Shown here: positions 1 to 13,165 of the stretch, one piece after another
How positions within the stretch are numbered: position 1 is the stretch's first letter
Layout of the letters: each line of letters opens with the position of its first letter
From: Squalus acanthias
Lineage: Eukaryota
Assembly: GCA_030390025.1 (NCBI GenBank)
Contig: CM059433.1
Coordinates: 26,786,001 to 26,850,000, forward strand
Direction of reading: 5' to 3'
Length of the DNA: 64,000 nt
Made by a program: the position numbers and the translations under genes
Notes under the pieces: model-generated
The model's database searches: none
Told to the model about the DNA's origin: nothing
What the model saw: the letters and a program-made list of their open reading frames with translations, nothing else

Positions 1-770
1 AATGCACAAGCAGCTCGCCAACAAAATGATAGTGAGGACTGACCATGCCTCCTACAGAATTGGTCATCTGAAAATCCACCCCATTGTTTTATTGTAGGTC
101 ATATAAAAATGTGTAAGGAATAATTTTCCAATGTTGCACTTCCAGCAGGGAGCCTTGTCTGCCGAGAATGCATATGAGGTCATATTTTATAAAATGATAC
201 AGGACGCAGACCACCTCCATCACTGTTGGTCATTTGGCAACTTACAAGTATTGCACCCTCATTAGGCAGAAGACCACAAACTCTTCACAAGTGGCATAGT
301 GAGAAGCACAATTCACCATATAATGTGAGAGTGCTTTGCCACCCTCCTCACCATAGATGGTGCACACACCAGGCACCACTGAATGGTGGTTCTGGCAGTT
401 GCAGATTCAGCAGCAACTGCTTGTGCCTCTGCAGCTCACTCATGGTAGGCACTGAACCCCAGACATATAAACACGTGTTGTTCTACCAAGCCTCCAGATA
501 CATGCCTCAGAAGCTCTTCATTAGCTACACTATAGACAACTGCCTTTTGTATGGCGGAAGAGCCTACTTGTGATTTGCCAGTAAACTTAATTTTCTTGAG
601 CTCCAAGCTGCATATCAGGCTTACTTACCATCAATATGTGAAAGTCACTGGCATGAAGATGTGCACCGCCATAAGGCAATGAGGAAGCTTTGGGCGATGA
701 AGGGGCAGAAGAGGTGAGGGCTGATGAGGGGTTCACAGCAAAGGTCCTGACTGCTGCGTGATCTTCCTGT

Positions 771-1235
771 GTCAGCTGTGGCTCTGGGGGTAGCACTCTC
801 ACCTCTGAGTCAGAAGGTTGTGGGTTCAAGTCCCACTCCAAAGACTTGCAGCACAAAAATCTAGGCTGACACTCCAGTGCAGTGCTGAGGGAGTGCTGTA
901 CTGTCGGAGGTGCCGTCTTTCGGATGAGACTTTAAACCGAGGCCCCGTCTGCCCTCTCAGATGGATGTAAAAGATCCCATGGCACTATTTCAAAAAGGAG
1001 CAGGGGAGTTCTCCCTGGTGTCCTGGTCAATATTTATCCCTCAATCAGCATTATAATAAACAGATTATCTGGTCAATATCACATTGCTGTTCATGGGAGC
1101 TTGCTGTGTGTAAATTGGCTGCTCCGTTTCCTACATAACAACAGTGACTACACTTCAAAAGTACTTTGTTGGCTGTAAAGCGCTTTGGGACGTCCAGTCG
1201 TCGTGAAAGGCGCTATAGAAATGCAAATCTTTCTT
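771..1235 (+). mobile_element. tRNA-headed Deu-domain SINE (SacSINE1/DeuSINE-like), full length
   Basis: tRNA-like head with B box GGTTCAAGTCC; central GGTGCCGTCTTTCGGATGAGAC...AAAGATCCCATGGCACT...CCTGGTGTCCTGG (Deu-domain-like); tail AAAGCGCTTTGGGACG...GGCGCTATAGAAATGCAA. Closely similar copies at 28520 and 45645. Confidence 0.85.
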
Positions 1236-1716
1236 CCTGAGTCACTTCACAATTCATATTTTTGTGGGTTTGCTTTCAAAAAGAGAGCACAGCAACACTT
1301 GGACAATGTTGAGTAGTCCCTTGCTTCCCAATGGTCCATACACATGGCACTGGAAGGTTGTATTAATAGGTTGCCACCAAGCAGTCATAACTAGCTTCAA
1401 CTCCCTTGGGGAATACTTACAGACTACGATGGCATCATGAAGGATGGCCTCCAGCAATGCAAAGCAGGCTACAGGTGCTGCCTCCAAACTCACAGTTCAA
1501 ACAGTAATTCAAGCAAAGGACACTCCTGGCACTGTTGCAGGTATATCAGAGGAAGCCTTAGGTACAAGTAGCCAGCATTATGAATTCCAAGCAGCTGATT
1601 AGCTAGCTAAGTAAACAGCCACAACTGATACTTCCTCAACTGGGGAAGGACTTAGGAGCAGGGCAACCACACAAAGAAGTTTATAACTCAAACACCCAGA
1701 AAAAATGGGCTGAATA

Positions 1717-2170
1717 CATAGGAACATAGGAACAAGAGTAGCCCATTCAGCCCCTCGAGTCTGTTCCTCTATTCAATTAGATCACGGCTGATCTGTATTT
1801 TAATGCCATCTACCCACCTTGGTTCCGTAACCCTTAATACCCTTGCCCAACAAAAATCTATCAATCTCAATTTTGAAATTTTCAATTGACCCCCAGCCTC
1901 AACAGCTTTTCGGGGGAGAGAATTCGAGATTTCTACTACCCTTTGTGTGTAGAAGTGCTCCCTGAACAGCCTAGCTCTAATTTTAATTTTAATTTTATGC
2001 CCCCTTGTCTGGACTCCCCCACCAGAGGAAATAATTTCTCTCTATCTCCCCATCAACTCCATCAATCATCTTAAACACCTGAATTACATCACCCCTTAAT
2101 CTTCTCTACTCAATACGATACAAGCCCAGTCTATGCAACCTGTCCTCATAATTTAACCCTTTTAGCTTTA
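1717..2170 (-). mobile_element. CR1 LINE 3' fragment
   Basis: Reverse complement of the CR1 3' end seen at 8400-8715, including the short tandem tail (acatagga)n. Confidence 0.8.
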
Positions 2171-3092
2171 CATAAAGCAGGTGCACAGAAACCCCATCTG
2201 CACTCAAAAATAATGAAATTATGCTACTTTAAATACATCTTGCAGTTTGCCATTCTTTTAATTTGCAGAAGGAAAAAAGCAACAGATGTCCAAAAGTAAT
2301 GCAAACTGAACGTATTCTCTGGAAACCGATTCAGTTAGTCTCGGCAAGTGGTATACTTGCTGTGCCATCTACACATCCAGACCTCTCTCTCCTCCTGCTC
2401 CTACTGCACCATCAAACAGCCACCAATAGCTGCTACACCCATTCTGAGGAGATGAAAAACCCTCTGCATTATTCACTTCTGTCAGTTCTCTGCTGAGATT
2501 TTCAAATTCTTGCCCTTAGTCTCCACAATGTTAATGAATAAAAGTTGGAATTGCAAGCATTTCTTTTACTATGTGGATTCCAGTTAAATCAACAGTATTA
2601 TTCCCTTTGTCCCCTTTTCCCATATACAAGCAGCTTTCAGTGGAGGAGGGTATGGATAAAGCATTCATATTTTCCAAAGAGAAGTATTCAATCAGGTAAC
2701 TCGCATTAATTATTTATTTCAAATGTCTGACAGAATAAGCAATTCTACTTTCTAAAGCTGTGGCTTCTTCAGGTAAGCAGTCAGTTGTGTCCAGACCAAG
2801 CTGACTATAAATCCATTGATTACTGTCAATTATAAAGGTTCTGAATCAGCTAGACTTATAACATGTCTGTCAGAGGACCTTGGTTTCCATGAGTTTTGAT
2901 TCCTGTTGAGCACATTACCACTGCAGCTGCACCACAAAGTGAGCGGACTACATTTTCTTGGCATATAAAGGAAATATTCACAGGGCACGCCCTTTAAATA
3001 GAATTTCACTCTCATAACTAGCTCCTGTTCTGAGTGAGTTGAAGACTCACTTTGTGTTTACATCCATCCCCTTCTTCCATGCAAATCTGCAC

Positions 3093-3214
3093 TGGTAGGA
3101 ATTTTCTTCAGGCTTCTCCAACTCTGCAGAAGTTTTGTGCGTAAAAGGGATTTCTGCTGGAATTCTGCCGAAGTTACGGTGGCGAGGCAGGAGAAACCCT
3201 GAGAAAATTCTGGG
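3093..3214. mobile_element. Short (~120 bp) MITE-like inverted-repeat element
   Basis: GAATTTTCTTCAGGCTTCTCC ... GGAGAAACCCTGAGAAAATTC are imperfect inverted repeats. Confidence 0.55.
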
Positions 3215-3480
3215 AAATAATTTTCTCAGGATAGGGCTTTAAACAAGCCTTAGAAGTCCTTAATAAGCATTTTTTATGCAAACTTCCTTTCAGCCACTTC
3301 TAGCAGTCTTGCTGACCTGTTTGCTCATATCTACTTTTTTGTTTAACTTAATCTTAGGAAAATATGGCCCAATGTTAATAAAAGAAAAATAATTTAGAAT
3401 CAACTTTCTATTACAATGGGACAAAGTGGATACGCAAAATATCACGTATCTACTTTCAAATAGCCTTCATTAAATATATT

Positions 3481-4245
3481 GGCCCGAAAATTAGACCTAA
3501 TACACGAGAGTACGCACTGTGTACTCTCGCGTTTTAGGTCTCCAATTGCCGGTTTCCTGCATGCACTGCGCATGCGCGGGAAACCGGCACTTCGTGAATT
3601 CAAAAGGGGGCGGTTCCTAAGTGAACCGCGTGCGCGCTACAGGCTGCGCGCACGCAGTGCACTTAGTTATTTTTGCAGCTATGAACGCGCAGGTAAGCAT
3701 GGAAGATTTTACACATAAAGAAAGGAGGCGTAAGACCCTCTTTTAACAAGGTAAGTAGTTAATTAAGTATTATTTTAAATTTTTTTCAACAGGTTTATCT
3801 TTTTTAGAGACTTTAAAGAAAGGTAAGTTTATTTTTATAACTTTTAAAAAGATTTTAAATTTTTTCAAAAATTTAATTTTTTGTTTAAAGTGGTTAATTT
3901 ATTTAACTATACTTATTTTATTAATGTGATGGCTTTTTTAAAAAATTTAATTGAGGTTTAGCTGTTCTTTTGGGGGTGTGTAGGATTCATAGCTTTGACA
4001 GCCCTTGCTGTTAAAACTATGAATGAAAGATGGTGTGCTGCCATTGGCTCTAACTGAATCACGTGATCCCAGAGCTCGCACGAACTCATTGCGTCTCTGG
4101 GTCACGCAAGCACTGCACAGCTGCATGTGGGACTGGCCTTGAAACTAAAGTTCGTGTGGGCCCGGAGGAAAAAGGTAGGCGCGGAGTGAGATATCGCGGG
4201 GAAGCCTTACCCCCGCGTGAACACTCACTGTTTAATTTCTGGGCC
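3481..4245 (+). mobile_element. PIF/Harbinger-type MITE, family A
   Basis: TIRs GGCCCGAAAATTA / TAATTTCTGGGCC, flanks ATT/TTT. Highly similar inverted copy at 39080-39822. Confidence 0.85.
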
Positions 4246-5247
4246 TTTAATTTAATCCCCAATGAGATGTATTTCAAGAACGAGGTCCAAGAAGATCCAG
4301 GAGCATAGATTGCATTAATTTATTCATCATTTCTTAGGGCAGGATTTTCTTAGCAATCTGCAGTAAGTGTAACATTTTCAGCAGCATATGCTGCAGACAG
4401 TGTGTGCAAAAGTATTGTGGCAGCTCTTTAAACTCTGACAGGAAGAAATGTAAGGAGAAATGTAGGGCACTCTGTCTCTGCTGCAGTTGCAGAGCAGTTT
4501 TTCAGGCAATGAAATTTTTGGCTTGCTTGGTCGGTGGTAGTGGGTTCGGGGGGGCGGGGGGCGGGGGGAAATATGTTGCGTTGAATCGGGAGTCTCCCCA
4601 TGGGTAACCCTTCTAGAAATCAAAACGACAATGCCCATTTCTGTTTTCTCATGCTGGCATTTTGTCCAACACCCTATCTAAATAAGACAGCAGTAATGAA
4701 ACAAAGGCAAGCCTCTTTTTTTTCATTGGAACCCCAACAGTGCGTTGTTCAATTTTTATTCCAATCTCGCTTTCACCGACCTAAACATAAGCAGTTAAAT
4801 AATAAGGAGTCATTCATACGAACATAGGAAATTGGCTGGCAGGAAAAGACCAGCTGGTCCATCAAGCCTGCCCCACACACCATGACGGCTGAAGCATCAT
4901 GTCTAAAACAAAATGTTTTGGGTTTGAGGTGTTTGTAATCAGGGTCTCAGTTGCATAAGCATACATCCTCGTTTTACACAGACGCTCAGTATTTCAAACT
5001 GAAGTGTCTGTTTGTCCACAGATTTGGACTGAAATTCTGCATCGCTTCATACACCCCGATCTGATCTCAGGAATTCCACCTGTGCAGCAGTGTTTCAATC
5101 TCCCAGAGCAGCAGCATTAGGTAAGGTTGAGGAAAGAATCAGGAAGATACATTGCCAGTGTGTACTGGGAGAAGTGCAGGGGGAGAATGAGAACAGTAAC
5201 TCCATGAACTGGGGGTGGGGTTGGAGCGGGAGATGGAGAAGAAGAAT

Positions 5248-5492
5248 GCCAACATGAACTGGGGGGAGGACGGGGAGACGAGGAGAGCCAACATGAACTG
5301 GGGGGAGGACGGGGAGACGAGGAGAGCCAACGTGAACTGGGGGGAGGACGGGGAGACAAGGAGAGCCAACATGAACTGGGGGGAGGACGGGGAGACGAGG
5401 AGAGCCAACATGAACTGGGGGGAGGACGGGGAGACGAGGAGAGCCAACATGAACTAGGAGGACGGGGAGAAGGGGAGAGCCAACATGAACTG
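5248..5492 (+). repeat. 39-bp G-rich minisatellite, ~6 units
   Basis: Unit GAGCCAACATGAACTGGGGGGAGGACGGGGAGACGAGGA; degenerate copies continue to ~5590. Confidence 0.95.
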
Positions 5493-5659
5493 GGTAGAGA
5501 ATAAGAGTGACAGCATGAACTAAAAATGAAGGGGAATGAACTGGGATGGATACAGAAAAGAGGGTCTCCATGAACTGGGGAGAGGACAGAAGAAGGCTTC
5601 CATATCACAGTGACAACCATATAATCAATATAACAATAGTTCAACAATAAGTTCTAGCA

Positions 5660-5919
5660 ACAGAGTAACAACACAGGTATAAAATACAGAGTACCAATAG
5701 AGATCTACAATACAGAGTACCATTACAGTTCCTACAGAATACCAATACATATCTACATTACAGAATACCAATATAGATCAGCAATACAGAGAACCAATAC
5801 AGATTCACAATACAGAGTGCCAATAAATGGCCACAATAAAGAGTACCAATACAGGTCCACAATACAAAGTATCATTACAAATACACAATACAGATTACCA
5901 ATATAGAGCTACAATACAG
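5660..5919 (+). repeat. 13/26-bp minisatellite (CAATACAGAGTAC-like), block 1
   Basis: Alternating CAATACAGAGTAC / CAATAGAGATCTA-type monomers. Confidence 0.9.
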
Positions 5920-8715
5920 GGTGGGTCAGGAAGAGACAGAGAGCTTAACGAAAGTAATAGAGAATTAATGACTAAGGTGACATCATGGAAAAATAGAAAA
6001 AAGTTAAAGCCAAAGGCACTATATCTGAATGCCGAAGCATTCACAACAATATAGATGAATTAATAGCACAGATAGAAATAAATTTGATCGAATAGCCATT
6101 ACGGAGACGTGGTTGGGAGCTACATATTTCAGGATACTTGACTTTTAGAAGAGATAGGCAAAATGGCAAAGGGGCGGAGTGTAGCCCTGATAATAAAGGA
6201 TGGGATAAAGACAGTAGAGAGAAAGGATCTTAGCTTGGAAAATCAAGATGTAGAATCAGTTTGGGTGGAGCTAAGAAACAACAAGGGGCAGTAAACACTG
6301 GAGGGAGTAGTTTATAGGCCCCCTAACAGTAGTTGTAGTGTCGGGCAGAGTTTAAATTAGAGGTGCATGTAACAAGGGTAATACAGTAATCATGGGAGAC
6401 TTTAATCTTCATGTAGACTGGCAAACCAAATTTGCAGTAATAATGCAGAGGACGAGTTCATGGAATGCATTCTAGATTTCTAGATCAGTATGTTGAGGAA
6501 CCAACTAGGGAACAGGCTATTTTAGATCTAGTATTGTGCAATGAGAAGGGGTTAATTAATAACCTTGTAGTAAAGGAGCCTCTGGGGAAGAGTGATCATA
6601 ATGTGAAGTAATTTTATATTGAGTTTGAGAGTAATTTAGTGAAGTCCGAAACTAGGGTATTAAATCTGAACAAAGCAAACTATGTAGGCATGAGGGGCGA
6701 GTTGGCTAAGGTAGATTGGGAAACTAGGTTAAAAGATATGGTGGCAGATAAGCAATGGCAAACATTTAAAGAATTAATTCATAATTCGCGATGAATATAC
6801 ATTCCCCTAAGGAATAAAAACCCCACAGGATTTGTAGACCAATCGTGGCTGGCAAGAAAAGTTAAAGATAGTATTAGATTAAAGGAAGAGGCTCATAATA
6901 TTACCAAAAGAGTAGTAAGCATGAGGACTGGGAGGATTTTAGAATTAAACAAAGGATGACCAAGAAATTGATAAAGAGAAAAGAGAATATCAGAGTAAAC
7001 TAGCAAGAGACATAAAAACAGAATGTAAAAGTTTCTATAGATATGTAAAAAGGAAGAGATAAGTGATAAAGAGATAAAGGAAGCAAGTAAATGTGGGTCC
7101 CTTATAGGCAGAGACAGGAGAAATTATAATGGGGAATAAGAAAATGGCAGAGACATTAAACAAACATCTGTATCTGTGTTCACAGTAGAAGACACAAATA
7201 ACATTCCAGAAATAGTGGGGAACCAAGGATCTAGTGAGAATGAGGGATTTAAAGAAATTAGTATTAGTAAAGAAATTGTACTGGAGAAATTAATGGGATA
7301 AAAAGTCGATAAATCCCCTGGACCTGGTGGCCTACATCCTAGGGTTTTAAAAGAGGTGGCTACAGAGATAGTGGATGCATTCATTTTGATCTTCCAGAAT
7401 TCCCTAGATTCTAGAACAGTCTTAAGTTAACGGCACTTAGAAAATCATAATATGATTGGGCAGAGTCAACACGGATTTATGAAAGGGAAATCGTGTTTAA
7501 CAAATCTGTTAGAGTATTTTGAGTTTGTAACTAGCAGGGTAGATAAGGGGGAACCAGTGGATGTGGTGCATTTGGATTTTCAAAAAGCATTCGATAAGGT
7601 GCCACACAAGAGGTTATTACACAAAAGTAGGGCTCAAAGGATTGGGCATAATATATTATCATGGATGGTGGATTAGTTAACAGACAGAAAACAGAGAGCA
7701 GGAATAAACAGGTCATTTTTGGGTTGGCAGGCAGTAACTAGTGGGGTGCCACAAGGATCTCAGCTATTTACAATCTATATCAGTAACGTAGATGAGGGGA
7801 CCGAGTGTAATGTATCCAAGTTTGTTGACGATACAAAGCTAGGTGGGAAAGTAAGCTGTGAGGAGGGCATAACGAGGCTGCAAAGGGATATAGACAAGTT
7901 AAGTGAGTGGGCAAGAACATGGCAGATGGAATATAATGTGGAGAAATGGGAAGTTATCCACTTTGGTAGGAAAAATAGAAAAGCAGAATATTTTTTAAAT
8001 GGTGAGAGACTGGGAAATGTTGGTATTCAAAGGGATTTAGGTATCCTTGTACACAAATCACTGAAAGTTAACATGCAGGTACAGCAAGCAATTAGGAAAG
8101 CAAATGTTATATTGTACTTTATTACAAAGGGATTGGAGTATAAGAGTAAAGAAGTCTTACTACAATTATATAGGGCCTTGGTGAGACCACACCTGGAGTA
8201 CTGTGTACAGTTTTGGTCTCCTTGCCTGAGGAAGGATATACTTGCCTTAGAGGGAGTGCAACAAAGGTTCACTAGACTGATTCCTGGGATGAATGGATTT
8301 TCCTATGAGGAGAGATTGAGTAGACTAGGCCTATATTCCCTAGAGTTTAAAAGAATGAGAGGTGATCTCATCGAAATATATACAATTTGTAAAGGGCTCT
8401 GGGAGGCTGTTTCCCCTGGCTGGGGAGTCTAGAACTAGGGGTCACAGTCTCAGAATAAGGGGTCGGCCATTTAGGACTGAGATGGTTGTGAATCTTTGGA
8501 ATTCTCTACACCAGAGAGTTGTGGATGCTCAGTCGCTGAGTATATTCAAGACAGAGATCGATAGATTTTTGGATACTAAGGGAATCAAGGGATATGGGGA
8601 TATTGCGGGAAGGTGGAGTTGAGGTAGAAGATCAGCCATGATCTTACTGAATGGCAGAGCAGGCTCGAAGGGCCGAATGGCCTACTCCAGCTCCTATTTC
8701 TTATGTTCTTATGTT
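5920..8715 (+). mobile_element. CR1 LINE, 5'-truncated, decayed ORF2 (endonuclease + RT)
   Basis: ORFs with QHGFMKGKSCLTNLL, LDFQKAFDKVPH, GVPQGS, FVDDTKL, RPHLEYCVQFWSP. Many stops and frameshifts, an internal deletion near 7420, a (CTTATGTT)n tail, and an identical 21-mer on both flanks (5899-5919, 8716-8736). Confidence 0.95.
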
Positions 8716-8950
8716 CAATATAGAGCTACAATACAGAGCGAATTTGGATTTTCAAAAAGCATTCGCTAGGGCCACAATACAGCATACCAATACAGAGCTA
8801 CAATACAGAATAGCAATACAGGTCTGCAATATAGAACACCAATACAGGCCCACGATACAGAGGGACAATAGATTGCCACAATGCAGATACTAATATAGAT
8901 CTACAATACAGAGTACCAATACAGATCTACATAGAGAGTACCAATATAGA
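8716..8950 (+). repeat. 13/26-bp minisatellite, block 2
   Basis: Same CAATACAG-based monomers as block 1. Confidence 0.9.
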
Positions 8951-8951
8951 T

Positions 8952-10282
8952 TTTGTTTTATTCATTCATAGGATGCGGGCGTCGCTGGCACGGCCAGCAT
9001 TTATTGCCCATCTGTAATTGCTCTTGAGAAGGTGGTGGTGAACTGCCTTCATCAACCACTGCAGTCCGTGTGGTGAAGGTACTCCCACAGAGCTGTTATG
9101 GAGGGAGTTCCAGGATTTTGACCCAGCGACGATGAAGGAATGGCGATATATTTCCAAGTCAGGATGGTGTGTGACTTGGAGGAGAACTTGGAGGTGGTGG
9201 TGTTTCCATGTGCCTGCTGCCCTTGTTCTTCTAGGTGGTAGAGGTTGCTGGTTTGGGAGATGCTGCCAAAGAAACCTTGGCGAGTTGCTGCAGTGCATCT
9301 TGTAGATGGTACACACTGCAGCCACGGTACACTGGTGGTGGAGGGAGTGAATGTTTAAGGTGGTGGATGGGGTGCCAATCAAGTGGGCTACTTTGTCCTG
9401 GATGCTGTCGAGCTTCTTGAGTGTTGTTGGAGCTGCACTCATCCAGGCAAATGCAGAGCATTGCATTAAAATCCTGACTTATGTCTTGTACATGGTGGGA
9501 AAAGCTTTGGGGAGTCAGGAGGTGAGTCACTCACCGCAGACTATCTAGCTTCTGACCTGCTCTTGTAGCCACAGTATTTATGTGGATGGTCCAGTTAAGT
9601 TTCTGGTCAATAGTGCTGGTGGGGGATTCGACGATGGTCATGCCATTGAATGTCAAGGGGAGGTGGTTAGACTCTGTATTGTTGGAGATATTGTTACTTG
9701 TCACTTATCAGCCCAAGCCTGAATGTTGTCCAGGTCTTGCTGCATGCAGGCATGTACTGCTTCATTAACTGAGAAGTTGCGAATGGAAATGAACACTGTG
9801 CAATCATCAGCCAACATCCCCACTTCTGACCTTATGATGGAGGGAATGTCATTGATGAAGCAGCTGAAGATGGTTGGGCCTAGGACACTGCCCTGTGGAA
9901 CTCCTGGAGCGATGTCCTGAGGCTGCAATGATTGGCCTCCAACCACCACAACCATCTTCCTTTGTGCTCATTATTACTCCAGCCAGTGGAGAGTTTTCCC
10001 CCTGATTCCCATTGACTTCAATTTAACTGGGGCTCCTTGATGCCACACTCGGTCAAATGCTGCCTTGATGTCAAGAGCAGTCACTCTCACCTCACCTCTG
10101 GAATTCAGCTCTTTTGTCCATGTTTGGACCAAGGCTGTAATGAGGTCTGGAACCGAGTGGTCCTGGCGGAACCCAAACTGGGCATCAGTGAGCAGATTTT
10201 TGGTGAGTAAGTGTCACTTGATTGCACTGTCAACGAGCCCTTCCATCACTTTGCTGATGATTGAGAGTAGGCTGATGGGGCA
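8952..10282 (-). mobile_element. LINE of a second CR1-clade family, 3' portion
   Basis: ORF 9701..9955 [19 protein letters not shown]...MLADDCT; C-terminal AWMSAAPTTLKKLDSIQDK; 3' tail GGGCAATAAATGCTGGCC...GCGACGCCC shared with copies at 14245, 14440, 27700, 56917 and 63200. Confidence 0.9.
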
Positions 10283-10385
10283 GGTATATGGCGTTAGGTC
10301 ACAGATCAGTGATGATTTCCTTGAATGGCAGAACAGGCTCACGGGGCTAAATGGTCTACTCCTGTTCCTATGTTCCTATGTTCCT

Positions 10386-11095
10386 AGTACCAATACAGAG
10401 CTACAATAGAGTACAATTAGAGGTCCACAATACAGAGTACCAATACACCTGCACAATACAGAGCACCAATACACCTGCACAATACAGAACACCAATTGAG
10501 ATCTGCAATAGAGAACACCAATACAGGTCCATGGTACAGAGGACCAATAGATTGTCACAATAAAGAGTACTAATAGAGATCTACAATACAGAGTACCATT
10601 GAATGGATAGCCAAACCAGACATACCATTATAAGCTTTTTCCGTCATATGAAAGTAGCAGTACAGTGCTACAATAGAGAATACCAATACAGGTCCACGAT
10701 ACAGAGGACCAATAGATTGCCACAATACAGTGTACTAATAGAGATGTACAATAAAGCGTAGCAATACAGACCCACAATGCAGAGTACAAATACAGGTCCA
10801 CAATAAAATTTACCAATACATGGCCACAATATAGCGTGCCAGTACAGATCGACAAGAGAGTACTAATACAGGTCACAATAAAGAGTATCAATGCAGAGCT
10901 ACAATACAGAGTACCTGTACAGATCTACAATAGAGTGCCAATACAGATCTACAATACTACCAATACAGGTCAACAACGCGGAGTACCATTACAGATCTAC
11001 ATTGACAGTACCAAGGTTCTCAATACAGAGTACCAATACAGGTCAACAATACAAAGTGCGAATACAGGTCAACAATACAGAGTACCAGTACATTC
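10386..11095 (+). repeat. 13/26-bp minisatellite, block 3
   Basis: Same monomers, with a ~60 bp interruption at ~10600-10660. Confidence 0.9.
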
Positions 11096-11520
11096 CAGAA
11101 TAGCCACAACTTCTCTACAGGAAATGGGGCGTGGGGTGGGGCCGTGAATGCGTATGTATAATTTGCATCATGACAGTCTCGGACAGGCTTGATGGACCAC
11201 CTGGTCTTTTCCTGTCCTTCGTATGTTTGTATGTACTTTCAATGTAACTATGTCATAGGCCTATATTCTTGGCTGTTTTTCAAACGTGAGCAATAGTTTG
11301 TGTGTGTCATGATATAGTTATAAAATAAATGAGTTCAATCTGTCTACTAAAATAGGAGATCTGAATGCATTAAGCACTTGTCAGATAATATCACACAACA
11401 TGATTTTTAGGAGATGGAGTTTCGCAGATAATTGATCTAAACTATTTTGAAACAAGAGAAATGGGCTGCAACTCAACTTTATAGGATCAGGTTGCCTAGC
11501 TGTTAATATATATTAACAAG

Positions 11521-12108
11521 AGGGGCGGTAGCGGTGCAGCGCTGCCCAATGTCGAGGGCAGCGCTGCCGGGACGGAGGCTCCTTCCCTCCCTTAAAGGGA
11601 AGGGCCATTGCTACAGGCTCTGCATTACATCAATGTCCCTCGTCACCGACAGCAGCCGCGATCCACAACTATCAGCCCCAAGCACTCTAACAGAGTACGT
11701 ACAGGGCTGATCAATCGCGGCACAGGAAAAAGTTGAAAAAACAACCTAAGGGGTGAAAACAAATTTTTCATTGACACAAGCGGCCTTACCTTTAAATACC
11801 ACTCCCCAAGTGGCCGGCCTCCCTAACAACGCCTCCTGCAGCTGTCGGTGTTGTCGCCCAGCGATGCTGCAGGGGGCGGAACCGCAGCTCCGATCCGAGG
11901 CGCTACCGGGATGCTGCGCAGCCAGGTGACGTCACGATCTCCGGGCGCAGGAGATCGTGACGCTAGGGGTTACCGCCGCCGCAAACCTCCATGTCAATTT
12001 CGCGGGCGTCGGTTCTATCGCCTGCACCCGATCGCAAAGCCGGTAGCGCCCCCTTAACACCCCCCGGAGGTGCTAACGGGAGGCACAAAGGAGGCCAATT
12101 TCTCCCCC
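11521..12108 (+). mobile_element. Harbinger-type MITE, family B, left end missing
   Basis: GC/CpG-rich; right terminus GCTAACGGGAGGC...GGCCAATTTCTCCCCC resembles the termini of 58569-59291 and (inverted) 24959-25855. Confidence 0.7.
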
Positions 12109-12581
12109 ATATGACTTTTAAGTATAGGCAAGCAAAGCCTAGAGGATGGTCAAGAGGAGGTAACAATGGAGAAAGTAAATCTAGGTAAAATGGACAAATA
12201 CAAAGGAACTAAACAATCCACGAAAAATATAGAGACAACAATTAAATGCCTGTACTTAAAAGGTAGAAGCATTTAAAATAAGAGGGTAGCTTTTAATTCT
12301 TAGGCAGCCAACTGGCAGGGCATGTGGGCTAGCTGCTCAATCCTGCCAGCGGGAGGCCCATTCCATTTTGAGAGTCGGGTCTCAGTACCATGCTGCTGGC
12401 AAGTTACACGCCCAGAATGGGTGTCTAAAACTCTGCTGCCCGTGTCCTAACTCGCACCAAGTCCCGTTCACCCATCACCCCTGTGCTCGCTGACCTACAC
12501 TGGCCCCCGGTTAAGCAGTGCCTCGATTTTGAATTTCTCATGCTTGTTTTCAAATCTCTCCATGGCCTTGCCATTTCCCTA

Positions 12582-13165
12582 GAATCCCCAGGTCTAAATC
12601 ATTAATGTAAATTGTGAACAGCAGTGGTCCCAGCACTGATCCTTGTGGAACACCACTTCCCACCTTCTGCCACTGTGATTAGCTACCTTTTACCCCTACT
12701 CTCTGCTTTCTGTCCTGAAGCCAGCCAGCAATCCATTCTGCTACTTGTCCCCTGACTCCGCATTCTCTGATCTTGTTCATCAGTCTATTATAGGGTACCT
12801 TATCGAAGGCCTTTTGAAAATCCAGATAAATTACATCTACTGCATTACCATTGTCTACTCTTTCTGTTACCTGTTCAAAAAATTCAATAAAGTTGGTCAA
12901 GCAAGACTTTCCCTTTTGAAATCCATGTTGATTATTCATTATTATATTTTTGGTTTCTAGATGTTCTTCTATTTTCTCCTTTAGTAGGGATTCCATTATT
13001 TTTCCTACCACCGATGTTAAGCTGACTGGTCTATAATTCCCTGGACATGTTCTATCCCCCTTCTTAAATATCGGTATTATGTTAGCTATCCACCAGTGCT
13101 CTGGCACTAAACCTTTTTCTAACGAATTATTAAATATGCGTAGTAATGCCTCTGCGTCATCTTTA
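12582..13165 (-). mobile_element. CR1 RT fragment
   Basis: ORF 12679..13176: PIFKKGDRTCPGNYRPVSLTS...QHGFQKGKSCLTN...LDFQKAFDKVP. Confidence 0.92.

Noticed and set aside
771..845. tRNA genes (also 28520, 26187, 61452)
   Set aside because: The A/B boxes continue directly into SINE bodies and tails; these are tRNA-derived SINE heads.
5095..5647. Repetitive proline/serine-rich ORFs and a CRISPR-like periodicity
   Set aside because: A head-to-tail 39-bp minisatellite with no unique spacers and no cas genes; eukaryotic context.
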